A program made the translations under genes and the position numbers. Below the pieces are notes generated by a model. The model was not told where the DNA came from. It saw only the letters and a list, made by a program, of their open reading frames with translations, and made no database searches. Positions 25,624 to 38,700 of a stretch of 64,000 nt of DNA are shown in pieces (the first letter of the stretch is position 1; the number at the start of each line of letters is the position of its first letter). This stretch comes from Neodothiora populina (lineage: Eukaryota), in assembly GCF_041146345.1 (NCBI RefSeq), contig NW_027191411.1:1674001-1738000 (forward strand), given 5' to 3'.

Positions 25624-27304
25624 ATGGCTGCTAAGGCGCCATCCAGACTGCTTTGTCTGCTCACCAGCGACTTGCTGCCACATCATAGATCATTCCACGC
25701 AAGAACCAGAAGAAGAATCCATGCACAGGCTCGACCTGCCATAGGTCAAGATGATGACCTGATGGACAGCATTCAGTGTGTCACTTCTGCGGAAGGTGCA
25801 AAGCACGTGATCGGTAGTCAAGATCACCCAGTCTTGTCTCTTCCAAAGCCAGATCTGGACTCGCCCATTGCCTTGATGCGAGAAGTCCTGCTCCCGGATC
25901 TGCACCCTGTACAGCATGAACCCGACCGCTCAGCCCCCCAAGATGAGCAGGCGACGTTGGACCTACCGCGTATCCCGACCCCATTGACACCGCCCGAAGG
26001 GCCCACCTTCCCTCTGAGCGGCGACCCCTTACCACATGCCGTCTTCCGGAAAGCGATCCTCGAAGACAACCTAGGCGCCAGAGCGTACCGCCGCGTCCTT
26101 CGCCAGCAACTGCTCCGAAGCCAGCTCCCCAACGACATCCTACGCGTGATAGCCGTCGCCATGCAGCGGAGAGAAACAGCCCAGTACGTGCCCAGCATGC
26201 AAGAGTCGCTGCGACGAGCCGTCTACCGCGCGCGCAACAACGTCTCCGACGAAGACATACTCAAGACCATCAACGTCATCTACCGCCGGCTCAAGTACGC
26301 CTCCCTGCCCGTGCCCGAGGAGATCCTGAAACTCGGCCTCAAGTTCGCCGCGCGCTCACGCAGTCTCCAAGGCATGAAGTGCTACCTGAGAGAGTACAAG
26401 ACCTCCGGCACCAAGATGAGCCGCGTCGTGTTCCGCGCCACCATCGCCAAATTCAGCATCGGTACTCGAGGCCTAGGCGAGATCCGCAACGGGCGCTGGA
26501 AGCGCGACGAGCTTCTTCAAGTCCTGCTCGGCTTCAAAGACACGCCGCCCCAAGACGCGCACCACCTCGGTGTCTTCCTGCAGCGCGCCGACTGGCAGTT
26601 CCTGCACGGCTGGCTGACCGCCCTGTCGCGCTGCAGAGCCGTCGACGACCTCTGGCACGAGTGGCAGCTGTGGCTCGCCTGCCGAGAGCGAATCTTCCCT
26701 CGACGCCTCAACATCCCGGATCCGAACGAGAACATGACCACCAAGCACAGAGGCGACTACTGGTTCGTCGAGCAAATGACCTACGCTGGTGACCTCGAAA
26801 AAGCATGGGAAATGCTGCGCGTCACGGGCATTCCCTTTGCGCGAGTCCGCGCGCGCGTCAAGACACGCTTGATCGAGGGCGCGCAGTACGCCATTCTTCC
26901 CACACACGAGATCACAGACGAGTTGCTGAGGAAATACGACGAGGAGTTGCGGAAGATAGAGGACGCGCTGGGCGTCGAGTGGATGTGTGGGGCTGCTGGC
27001 GGCCGAGGCCGAGGATATCATGTGCCGCGCAGGGAGCTGGAGGATAGATTGGAGATGCTGTCTGAGCCGGATTATGTCTTTGATCCTGAGTATGGGTATC
27101 CGTGGGACGAAGAGGAGACTTGCGCCAAAGGTTTGTTTTTTTCCTTTTCTTTTTTCCCCCTTTCTTTTCGAGAGCTATTACTCGCAAATCATCATTTTCA
27201 ATATCATCATCATCATCATTGTTGCTGACCGAGACCGAACAGAACAAGAAAAAGACCGCGACATCATGGAAGCCGAGGAAATGGATGACTTTACCGGCTG
27301 GTAG
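25624..27304 (+). CDS. Putative mitochondrial helical-repeat (divergent PPR-like) protein; exons 25624-27130, 27243-27304 (522 aa)
   Basis: Long ORF with coding-like codon usage and an Arg-rich N-terminus (RSFHARTRRRIHA). Intron GTTTGT...GCTGAC...AACAG at 27131-27242 removes the low-complexity ORF end. The function is inferred only. Confidence 0.75.
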
Positions 27305-27679
27305 TAGCAGCAGCACACTGACTCGACCTGACACTGACACTGGCGCTGAGCGTATACTGAAGAGCTCAGAAAGCCCATTTCATCAGTCCCGCTTATTCCC
27401 TCTTTCTTGGACAAACAAAAAACAAAGGAGAGAGACAGAGGGAATATGGGAAAACTTCGTCCGGTATATACAAATGCTAAAAAGAGAGCAAGAAGCAATG
27501 ATAATAATAAAATATGCAACTTTCATTTCTGCTGAAACACACACACACACACACATGCGACAGATATACACTGCTCTCTCTTCCACTCCATATTCTCCCA
27601 TCTCGTCGACCAGTCTGAACTTCATTCTTGTTTCCTTTTTCTTTTCTTTTTACATATTTAGGAAAAAAGACACCCCACT

Positions 27680-29164
27680 CTACCTGTCGACCTCACCGAA
27701 CACCAAATCCATGGTACCGATGATAGCCACAGCGTCAGCGAGCAAGTGACCTCTCGAGATCTGGTCGAAGCATCCCAAGTGAGCGAAACCGGGAGCGCGG
27801 ATCTTGCACCTGTAGGGTCTCTCGCTGCCGTCACTGACAACAAAAACACCCATCTCGCCCTTGGGCGCCTCGATGGCCGTGTACGTCTCGCCGGGAGGGA
27901 CCTGGTAGCCCTTGCTGTAGAGCAGGAAGTGGTGGATCAGAGCCTCCATATTCTCCTTCATGGCGGCGCGCGGCGGAGGGGCGATCTTGTAGTCCTCGAC
28001 CTTGATGGGGCCGGGCGTGATCTTGTTCAGGCATTGGTGGATGATGCGCAGCGACTGTCTGAACTCCTCCATGCGGCAGAGGTAGCGGTCGTAGCAGTCG
28101 CCGTTCTGGCCGACGGGCACGTCGAACTCGACTTGGTCGTAGGCGTCGTATGGCTGCGACTTGCGCACGTCCCACGGCACGCCCGAGCCACGGAGCATGA
28201 CACCGGTGAACGAGTAGTTGAGTGCATCGGCTGCGGAAACAACACCGACTCCCTTGGTTCTGCCCTTCCAGATACGGTTGTCGGTCAGAAGCTCCTCGGT
28301 CTCGTCGATGCGGTCACCGAACTGGGTGGCCCACTGGTAGATGTCGTCAAGGAGACCGAGAGGAAGATCCTGCGAAACGCCGCCGGGGCGGACGTATGCA
28401 GCGTGAAGACGTGCGCCAGAAACACGCTCGTAGAACTCCTGCGCTTGGTCAGTAAATTGTGACGTTGTCATGTACGAAGGTCATGTGCATACCATGAGCT
28501 TCTCACGCTCCTCGAAACCCCACAAGAAAGGAGTCAGAGCGCCAACGTCCATGGCATGGGACAGGATGGACATGAGATGGTTAAGGATTCTGGTGATCTC
28601 TCCGAACATGGTCCTGATCCACTTGGCGCGCTCTGGCACCTCGATGTTCAACAGCTTCTCGACGGCGAGCGAGAAGACCTGCTCGTTGGTCATCATGGAA
28701 ACGTAGTCCAGACGATCAAAGTAAGGCAGTGCCTGAAGGTAGGTCTTGTATTCAATCAACTTCTCGGTTCCGCGGTGAAGCAGACCGACGTGCGGGTCGG
28801 CACGGATGATTTCCTCGCCATTGAGCTCGAGAATCAGACGCAACACACCGTGGGCGGCGGGATGCTGGGGACCGAAGTTGACGGTGTAATGTCTGATCTT
28901 GCGCTCGTTGGGGTCGGTCTCGTCGACGTTGGCGGGGCTGGAAGACGAAGCCTCGGACTCGACAGGGTGGCCAAAGTTGGCATCGACGGGGATCAGGCGA
29001 GTGGCGTTGGGGTTCTCAATGGGAGCAGCGAAGTGTCGTGATGAGGAGGTCGACAGAGGACGAGAGAGGTTGCGCAGGTTGTTGTTGGTGGCGCGCACAG
29101 GCGAGGGGCGAAGACACAACCTCTTGGAGGCGTGAGCTGCCAGGCGGTTGAAGGAGGCAGCCAT
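27680..29164 (-). CDS. NDUFS2: NADH:ubiquinone oxidoreductase 49-kDa subunit (NUCM); exons 29164-28493, 28438-27680 (476 aa)
   Basis: Motifs [41 protein letters not shown] and C-terminal DLVFGEVDR, plus a mitochondrial presequence. Confidence 0.98.
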
Positions 29165-29521
29165 TGTGTGTTTGTGTGGATGGCAGTCTTGCCGGCGAGG
29201 GACAAGAAGGTGAGATTAACAAAAGAGTCGGAATTGGACCGCCGACTACAGTGACAGGGTGGAGCAGCGGTGTACAATTATGGTATGGTATACAGACAAA
29301 TAGACAGACAGAGTTGCTTCTCTCGGCGTCATGGACTTTGACGCTGAAGTGATTGGTGCAATTGGCGCAGAGTGCAGGAAGGAACGTGCACAGACCATCC
29401 GGCACCTTCTCCATCTTTTTGCTCGACGCTGGCAGCGATCAGAAAAATGATAATTATACAATTAATTCATCGTTCATCACCACTCATTGCACATCACTCA
29501 CTCACACCCACACATTGATCC

Positions 29522-30790
29522 ATGTCGCAATCAAAGTCAGCGCCCAGTGCGGCAGATGCTTCACGACGAAGGGTATGTTTCAATTCCTCTTGAAATCCAA
29601 TCCACTCCTTCTCGAGTCACCCGTCTTCTTCTTCTTCCTCTTCTCCTTCACCACGCTAGAGTTCCGAACACTGACACGATGCGACCTACCAGCTCGTCGG
29701 CGTCAATGAGGAAACCGTGACCAACGTAGCATCGACAGACTTCCCTGGCCACTACCCGAACGAAGACAACTCATGGGACGTCGAGCGCTTCAAGCAAAAG
29801 CTCGAGGTCGACTTCCACAAGAATGACCAGTTCGACTCGGTCTTCTCGCTCGTCGGCGTGGACGCTTCCCTCGCCAATGCCTTCCGCCGCATTCTCCTCG
29901 CCGAACTCCCCACCATCGCCATCGAGGACGTCTTTGTCTACAACAACACTTCCATCATCCAGGACGAAGTCTTGTGCCATCGTCTGGGTCTCATCCCCTT
30001 CACTGGCTCCAAGGAAGGTCTGCGCGCCATGACCTGGTACAAGAAGGGACCGCCAAAGGACGACCCTGCCGCCCAGCACATCTTCCAGCAGTCAGGCGAG
30101 GTCATCGACCCCGCTCTCACCATTCCCAACGACTCCAACACCCTCGTTCTCGAACTCAACGTCAAGTGCGACTGGAGGCCGGAGGGCAAGAAGCTGGCAA
30201 AAGAGGGAGAGAAGGATCCGAACAAGCTATACGTGAACAGCTCCGTCTATGCGCACCAATTCGTCTTCCACCCGCAGGGCAACCAAGCCCAGTACTTCAG
30301 CCCCCCTAACGACATCCGACCCGTGAACCCTGATATCCTCATTGCCAAGTTGCGCCCTGGTCAAGAGATTCACGTGCAATGCCACTGCATCAAGGGCATC
30401 GGTGCCGACCACACCAAATTCTCTCCCGTCGCTACTGCCTCTTACCGCCTGCTACCTTCGATAAACATCAAGGAGCCCATACTCGGCGCTGACGCAAAGA
30501 AGCTCGCCCGCTGTTTCCCCAGAGGTGTCATCAAGCTCGTAGACGACGAGGCAACCGGCCAGAAGAAGGCGGTCGTGGATGATCCCATGAAGGACACCGT
30601 CTCACGCGAGTGTCTGAGACATGCCGAATTCAAGGACAAGGTTCAGCTGGGCAGAGTGCGGGATCACTTTATCTTCAGTGTGGAAAGCAGCGGCCAGTGC
30701 GACAGCGACGAGCTCTTCATCGACAGTGTCAAGACACTGAGAGCAAAGTGCGAGCGCTTCAAGAAAAACCTGGGCGATCTCATGCGATAG
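29522..30790 (+). CDS. RPC40: RNA polymerase I/III shared subunit AC40; exons 29522-29572, 29693-30790 (382 aa)
   Basis: Motifs VTNVASTDFPG, ANAFRRILLAELPT, IQDEVLCHRLGLIP, DILIAKLRPGQ, KFSPVATASYRLLP and RVRDHFIFSVES. Confidence 0.96.
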
Positions 30791-31706
30791 ACGGGTTTTT
30801 GTTTTTGATCGGAGTTTACGGAGAGCGGGGGCCACGATGGATTACTGGCTACTGGCTACTGGCGCATCGTTTGAGCAAAGCATGGCACTGGCGTTCGGAT
30901 GCTTCACGACAAAAGGGGACTCACTATACGGATTGGTCATGTGTGCACCTATAAAGGCTACAAAAGCAAATTGTAGAATTTTTCATGTCTTGTACTGCAA
31001 TTGCTGTAAGCAGCTGCTTCAATCCGCTTGTCATATTCTTCCCACCATGCCGATCAGCGACGCTCGATAAGATACGCAGCCGAAGCCCATCCATTGATAC
31101 CCGATCCGATTCCCGCGGGGTTGTTGGTCCGCCTCTACCTCAATGCGAGCGGCGCATACAGCACTCGCAGATGTGGTAATGCACATGGATCTTTGCACAT
31201 TTTCATGTGCAGACACAAAAGAATAAATCACAATAGAAACGATGCCCCAGACATGCTCTCGCGGTGATTCAATCTCAAAATCTCGAAATAAAGTGTTTCA
31301 GTCTTTAGGTTGCATCGACGGTCCGAGCGCGGGCGTCGACTGGGGGCCCTTCTCTTGGTGTGTACATCATAAACACTGAACACCAGTATTGTCGCTCCGT
31401 CACTGTCCACACGCTATCAAAAGGTAAGGTATCGAATCGTGACGACTGTGGACCACCAATCGCTCCTGGACTTTCCCCCACTCGGTCAAGTGATCAGACT
31501 GAAACATCGCATTTTCTTTTGTTTTCTTTCCTGCCTGCCAAGGGGAACACTCACTTCGCCACGGTAGCCTCACCGGTGAACATCCCATCTTCCTGGCCCA
31601 TTTCCCGGCTCCCACTCACGACATCTTTGCGCAAACAAGAGAAAGATGAACCAGTGATCGCCCCGTTGATCAGAATACTACGACGCTACGAACACAGACA
31701 TTTGCC

Positions 31707-33589
31707 ATGGACAGTGTGCCCTCGTCCCCCTTCCGACATGGCGGCAGTGTCGAGGAAGAACTGGCCTACTACAAAGCTCAATATGAACAACTGGAATTAG
31801 AACTGCAGGAGTTCCAGGCTAGCAGCAAGGAACTAGAGGCGGAATTGGAGAAGGACGTCGAGGCTTCGGAGAAGAGGGAGCGGAAGCTCAAGGAGAAGGT
31901 TGAAGGTTTGGGCTTTGAAGTCGAAGAGTGGAAGGTGCGTTTTGTTTTCCCTTTTCGACCGTCTGATCGCACGAAATTGACTTGTTTTCTTTTTCTTGCT
32001 TCAACCAGGCCAAGCACAAGCAGGCAAAGGCAGAAGCCAACAATGCCCAAACCACTCTGCAGAAAGAAATCACCACTCTGAGAGACGCCAACCGCAGCCT
32101 TCACCTTCAATTGCGAGACATTGAAGTCGCCAACGACGACTATGAGCGCCAGGCTCGTAACACGACTTCTTCGCTCGAAGACCTGGAATCCAAGTACAAT
32201 GTGTCGATTGAGCGAGGCGTCATGCTGGAAGAAGAGATAAGGGCAGGCGAGCAAGAACGAGAGCAATTGCGCATCGAGACTCAAAGACTGCGAGACGATC
32301 TTTCAGACCTCCGTGTCGAGGCAGACATCACTCAAGAAAAGTTGCGAACCGCAGAGGCGACGATCGAGCATCTCCACACCAGGAAACCAATCTACCTCAC
32401 ATCAGACAACATACTTCCCCGGTCGCCGACGTCAGAAATCTCACGCACCACTACTTCATCTCCTACAATGTCGACACCCCCTCCGCCAAAGTCAGAGACG
32501 TCTACTGCCTCGGGGGCGCCAACACCGCCATCTCCACCCCTTTCTGACGCTTCAGCGAATCCGACGGGCCTGGCAAAGACGCCCGGGCCATTCAGACGAT
32601 CATCCCTCATACAAGACGCTGGAGCAACACCGAGACCTGGTCCGACCGGAGCCACAAGGCCGCGCCACGCACGGGAGCCGTCGTTTGCATCGTCCACTGC
32701 GAGTGTCATCAGAATGCCACCGCCCTCGAGGCCTATTGCTCTGCCTCAAGAAGGCCTGCCGAGATCGAGCTCCTTATACCAGATCAAAGGTCTCATCGGC
32801 AGGATGCAGAAGATTGAGGAGAGAGTACATTCCGTCCGCTCCAAGCTTCCGCCGCCGAACAACACAACCCCGAGAGCCTCGCCTAGACTTTCCAACAGAG
32901 CATCGCCGCGGCTGGGAGCAAGAAGTGGAGGTTCGGTAGCCAGTAGTATCACCATGCGCAGTGGCACGCGGAAGCGGATGAGCAGCAGCACAAGCTCTTC
33001 GGCAAAGCTAGAGGAAAGCATGTCTGCCGGCAGGTCTTCTCACGCCCATATAAATCGTCCATCGGCCAGCGGCTCACAGGGAGCAGCCGCCGATCGATCA
33101 GCCACACCCAATAGCCGTCCCAGCAGTCGAGCAAGCAATACCAGCCACAGCACTGCCAACTCATATGGCCGACCCCCGAGTAGATCTACCACCTCAGTCG
33201 CATCTAGTGCCTCCGGCGCCCGAGCGCCGAGTGCGCTAGGCTATCACTCCTCTTCACAGCAGCCATTTGTTCCAGCGCGACCACGTTCTTCGCTGGCGGG
33301 TAGCTATGCAACCATTCCAAAGAGAGGCCACAGAGCCTCGACGAGTATCTCCGACGCCCACGACGTCGACGACGCCCCAAACATCACGCCTACGATAGCA
33401 CGAAGACCAACCGTGGACAGGTCTGCAATCCCGACTCCTTCAAGTTTGAAACGACAGAGCGGTGGGTTCGGCAGCAGCGTCTACGGTCGCCGACCGAGTG
33501 TTGCTGGTCAACAGTATCATGAAGATAGCCTGCCGCCTCCACCTAACGAGACACCACGTAAATTAAGTGACGTTGGCGAGACGTTTTGA
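31707..33589 (+). CDS. nudE: Nuclear distribution protein NudE/Ro-11 (dynein regulator); exons 31707-31934, 32009-33589 (602 aa)
   Basis: Coiled coil [35 protein letters not shown] and [15 protein letters not shown]-rich tail containing [19 protein letters not shown]. Confidence 0.95.
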
Positions 33590-35776
33590 TTCAGCTATAT
33601 GTTGGGGGGAGAGGGGCCCATCTTTCTGCAAGCGAGGCGTATCGGCGAAGTTGCTTCTTATCTGACTCGCCTTTCTTATTTGTTTTCGGTTGAATCTTTC
33701 CCATGCATCCCCCGGTTTCCTACTACTGCAACAATCAAAGCAGAGCAATCTTTCCTTGACGAACGTGCAGGACGAGTGTCACGCTTTGCACCTAGTCCAT
33801 AGCCGCATAGCGTACCGATACCCTTTTTTTCCCCTTTTCTTTCCTTTTTCTTCTTCCACATACTCAGACGAATCAGACAAACTCTCACATCGAACACCTC
33901 CCAGAATGTAGTGAGTGGCTCAACCGTGACTGCCATATGGGGTGCTTTGCTGAGTTCGATTGGGTATATGCCCTGCCTTATCGGACGAGTTGAGGTTCAG
34001 CCGAGGATCATTTACCTCAGCCAAGGCCGATTAGATTGAGTACATCCCGTGGCCATGGGACAAGCTTGCACTGTACTGTAGCTGTACAGGTAGCTCTCCA
34101 CCTTACCTCGCAGAACACTCGAATCCTTTATTATTGTCTACAACATCATTGTCTCACTGATCGACAGATAGCTAAAGTCAATGGCTACCGTACAGGATTT
34201 ACCGCTCTGCGACAAAATAATGGCTCTTGCGGGCCCAAAGATGTACAAGTAGTGTATTTTATCATGAGCCGCCATATCCACGGTCCACCCTCGAACCGCC
34301 GCGCCGCACAGCTCACAATGCCGTGTCAAGGGTCGGAGACGTTCGGCCTCGTCCGGAAATCTTCGTGGAGAGCCGTGTTTAGGACTCGACCAGAATCAAA
34401 AGTCCGAACGCTCGGTCAGCTAAACCATCTATACATGGGCCAAAAATGAACGGAAGGGTGTGTGTGTGTGAGTAAGAGAGTGTGTGTGCCAAATGCGCTC
34501 TCGGGATCCCTACAGAACCATAGACGTTTGCCAGAAAGAGTAGGCGTGCAGCTGTTCCTGCGCCCTGAGACATGCAAGCTTGTTGCTAAAATTACTGAAC
34601 CCGCGCACTACTGTCGGATAGCCGATATAGTTTTCTGCATTCCAAACAGACAAGATTATCAATGTTCCGAAGGCTTGAACTACTGTGGAGTCGTTCTTTG
34701 CTGGTTGTTGTGCTGGTGCAGAAAGTGGACTTCACTGCTATATGAAACGCTCTGAAATAAAAAGTCACCGAGTCCTGAAAGCTGAGATTGTTGTGCAATC
34801 AAAGGATTCCCGGCCTGGTTCATTAGCATGTCATACTACCCATGCAGGACAGTCAGCAGAAATTCAATAGCGAAAGCTCATTGGTAGGAGTTGCAGGTCA
34901 GCTCTGGCGTTGTCCCCATAGCTTTGTGGGAACTGCAGCTCCTCCGCAAGGCTTAAATGCTCAACGATGCACCAACGAACAGCAGTTGTACCAACCTCCG
35001 AACCTCTTTGGACGAGGAAAGCGCGGGAGGGGCTGCTCTTGTCATCTCGGTCGGCAGAGGGCAGAGAAGGTCATGGTGAGTGTCGGACAAGTCATCAGTC
35101 GGCGCTAGCGCTCGGAATGATTGGGATTGGCGCATCTCAACTGGCACCCCATAGCTCCGACAGCAGTGAGGAAGATTGAATAATGCTGCTGGGTCGGCCC
35201 ATTTTTGTGGGCAACATATGTACGCGGGTCCCCCTCAGCAAGCTGGGATCGTTGAATGAGGTTCTGTTTCTAGCCATCATCATCATCCTCATCATCGTCG
35301 TTGTCTTGTAGTATCCTTACTCTCTCGCTTGCTGCTTTGCTTTGTGCAGCTATATTGCGTCTATTCCCCGTCACGGTCACCGTCTTTCGTCGTCTTCGCC
35401 CAACGTCGCTAGACCCCTACCCTAGAGCATTTCGCATTTCCTGTTAGAGATTCATCTAAGCTTCGGCCACCGAGGTGCGATCCACGACCGAACAAAATTT
35501 ATGATCCGACCTGAGTGAATCGGGCGGGCTGTCACCATATTATTCGACGCTATTACTACATAGATAATCCTAAAGATTCTTGCAATTTCCATTAGCAAGA
35601 ATTGAGCCGATCGGACTTGACCATTTCAGACAGCTGGCCATACCGTCGTGTGGAAAATACCATTAGGTTTCCCGACGTTCCCCATCTAGCGCGGTCATCG
35701 GCACCGGCAAGAAGTAAAGCGTCTCAGCTCGCTCCTCCGCATTTCGGGTCATTCTTTGACCCAGCACAACCCTTAG

Positions 35777-38700
35777 ATGGGTCTTCCTACAACCATGGCG
35801 GACGCAGTAGGCGGAGCGCCAAAGGTCAATGGAAACATGAACGGACACGCCTCTTCTTATGCGGCAAAATACAATCTTGCTCCCCATTTCATTGGGGGTA
35901 ACGAGCTTAGCCAGGCTCCTCCCTCCAAGGTCAAGGATTTTGTGACCGCAAATGACGGTCACACGGTCATCACAAATGTGAGTTGCGGACTCGAGCTCAG
36001 AGGAAAAAAGCTTTGCGGAAGCTCCAGGAAGCTCCAGGATGGCTAATGCGACCTCTCCCTCTAGGTTCTTATTGCAAACAACGGTATCGCTGCAGTCAAA
36101 GAGATCAGATCCGTCCGACGATGGGCGTACGAGACCTTCGGCGACGAGCGCGCCATTCAATTCACCGTCATGGCCACACCGGAGGACTTGGCTGCCAATG
36201 CAGACTACATTCGAATGGCAGACCAATACGTCGAGGTAAGCGTTTCCTTCGAGGAAGTCGCGAGATGCTGCAACTGCAGCCTCGGCCGGCTCGACCAGAT
36301 ATTTTTTGTCCTGCAACAAACGGGCTACCCAACTACAAGAAATTTGTCTGACAGCAACTTGTGCAGGTCCCCGGCGGCACAAACAATAACAACTATGCCA
36401 ACGTTGAGCTCATTGTGGATGTAGCTGAACGTATGGGTGTCCACGCAGTGTGGGCAGGCTGGTGAGTAACCTCCAAGAAAAAAAAAATCATCTATCCCAG
36501 ATGATCTACATCCTCGGCTTACACCATCTCCAGGGGTCACGCCTCAGAGAACCCAAAGCTCCCCGAGTCCCTCGCCGCATCACCGAACAGAATCGTCTTC
36601 ATTGGTCCTCCTGGATCTGCCATGAGATCACTTGGAGACAAGATCTCGTCAACGATTGTCGCCCAACACGCTCGAGTACCCTGTATTCCATGGTCAGGAA
36701 CAGGTGTCGAAGAGGTCGAAATTGGATCTGACGGTATCGTCACGGTTGCGGACGATGTCTATCTCAAAGGTTGCGTCACATCACCAGAGGAGGGCCTCGA
36801 GGCCGCGAAGAAGATTGGCTTCCCGGTCATGGTCAAGGCATCCGAAGGTGGTGGTGGTAAAGGTATCCGTAAGGTGGACAACGAAGAAGAATTCTTCGCC
36901 ATGTACAAGGCGGCCGCCAGCGAGATTCCTGGCTCGCCAATCTTCATCATGAAGCTTGCCGGCAACGCTCGCCATCTCGAGGTCCAGCTTCTCGCTGACC
37001 AGTACGGCAACAACATCTCTCTCTTCGGTCGTGATTGTTCCGTGCAGCGACGACACCAGAAGATTATCGAAGAAGCGCCCGTCACCATTGCCAATTCCAC
37101 TACTTTCCAGGCAATGGAGAAGGCTGCCGTCTCTCTCGGTCGTCTCGTCGGTTACGTCTCTGCCGGAACTGTCGAGTACCTCTACTCTCACGCCGACGAC
37201 AAGTTCTACTTCCTCGAGTTGAACCCTCGTCTCCAGGTCGAGCATCCCACCACCGAGATGGTCTCCGGTGTCAACCTGCCCGCCGCACAACTTCAGATCG
37301 CTATGGGTCTGCCTCTACACCGCGTTCGCGACATCCGCCTGCTCTACGGTGTTGATCCCCACACTTCGACTGAGATCGACTTCGATTTCTCCACCGAGGC
37401 CAGCAGCTTGAACCAGCGCAGACCTCAGCCCAAGGGCCACACCACTGCCTGTCGTATCACCTCTGAAGATCCCGGCGAGGGTTTCAAGCCCTCTGGCGGT
37501 AACATCTCCGAGCTGAACTTCAGGTCCAGCGCCAACGTCTGGGGTTACTTCTCCGTCGGTGCCGCTTCCTCCATCCACAGCTTCTCCGACTCCCAATTCG
37601 GTCACATTTTCGCATACGGCGAGAACAGACAGGCATCGCGCAAGCAGATGGTCGTCGCACTGAAAGAGCTGAGCATTCGTGGTGACTTCCGCACGACCGT
37701 GGAATACCTCATCAAGCTGCTCGAGACGCCAGCCTTCGAGGACAACACCATCACTACCGGCTGGTTGGATGAGCTTATCTCCAAGAAGCTCACCGCCGAG
37801 CGTCCTGATCCGATGATTGCTGTCATCTGCGGTGCTGTCACCGAGGCCCACATTGCCAGCGATCTCTGCACGACCGAGTACCGCACCAGTCTGGAGAAGG
37901 GTCAGGTTCCCTCCAAGGATGTCCTCAAGACCGTGTTCCCCGTCGACTTCATCTACGAGGGCTCGCGATACAAGTTCACCGCGACCCGTTCAGGTGTCGA
38001 CACCTACACCCTCTTCATCAACGGTTCCAAGTGTTCCGTCGGGGTGCGCCCTCTTTCCGACGGTGGTCTGCTTGTCCTGCTCAGCGGTCGCAGTCACAAC
38101 GTTTACTGGAAGGAAGAGGTCGGTGCCAGACGTCTCAGTGTGGACAGCAAGACCTGCTTGCTCGAGCAGGAGAACGATCCCACTCAGCTGAGGACTCCAT
38201 CTCCCGGTAAGCTGGTCAAGTTCACTGTTGAGAACGGTGCCCATGTCAAGAAGGGCCAGGCTTTCGCCGAGGTCGAGGTCATGAAGATGTACATGCCTCT
38301 GATCGCTCAGGAGGATGGTCTTGTCAACTTGATCAAGCAGCCCGGTGCTACCCTCGAGGCTGGTGACATTCTTGGTATACTCGCTCTTGACGACCCGTCG
38401 AGAGTCAAGTCTGCTCAGCCATTCCTTGGCCAGCTTCCTGCCTTTGGTCCTCCTACGGTCCTTGGCAACAAGCCCCCTCAAAGATTCACCTTCCTCTACG
38501 CCATCATCCTGGATATCCTCCAAGGTTTCGATAACCAGGTCATCATGCAGCAGACCCTGAAGGAGCTCATCGAGGTCCTCCGCAACCCGGAGCTTCCTTA
38601 CGGCGAATGGAATGCTCAGGCTTCTGCTCTCCACGCTCGTATGCCTCAGAAGCTCGACACTCAGTTCGAGCAGATCGTCGAGCGCGCTCACGCTCGTGGC

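Noticed and set aside
35600..35776. Possible non-AUG mitochondrial N-terminal extension of ACC1 (Hfa1-like)
   Set aside because: There is an in-frame TAG at 35774-35776 directly before the first ATG. It could be a splice acceptor, but I found no convincing donor or upstream exon.
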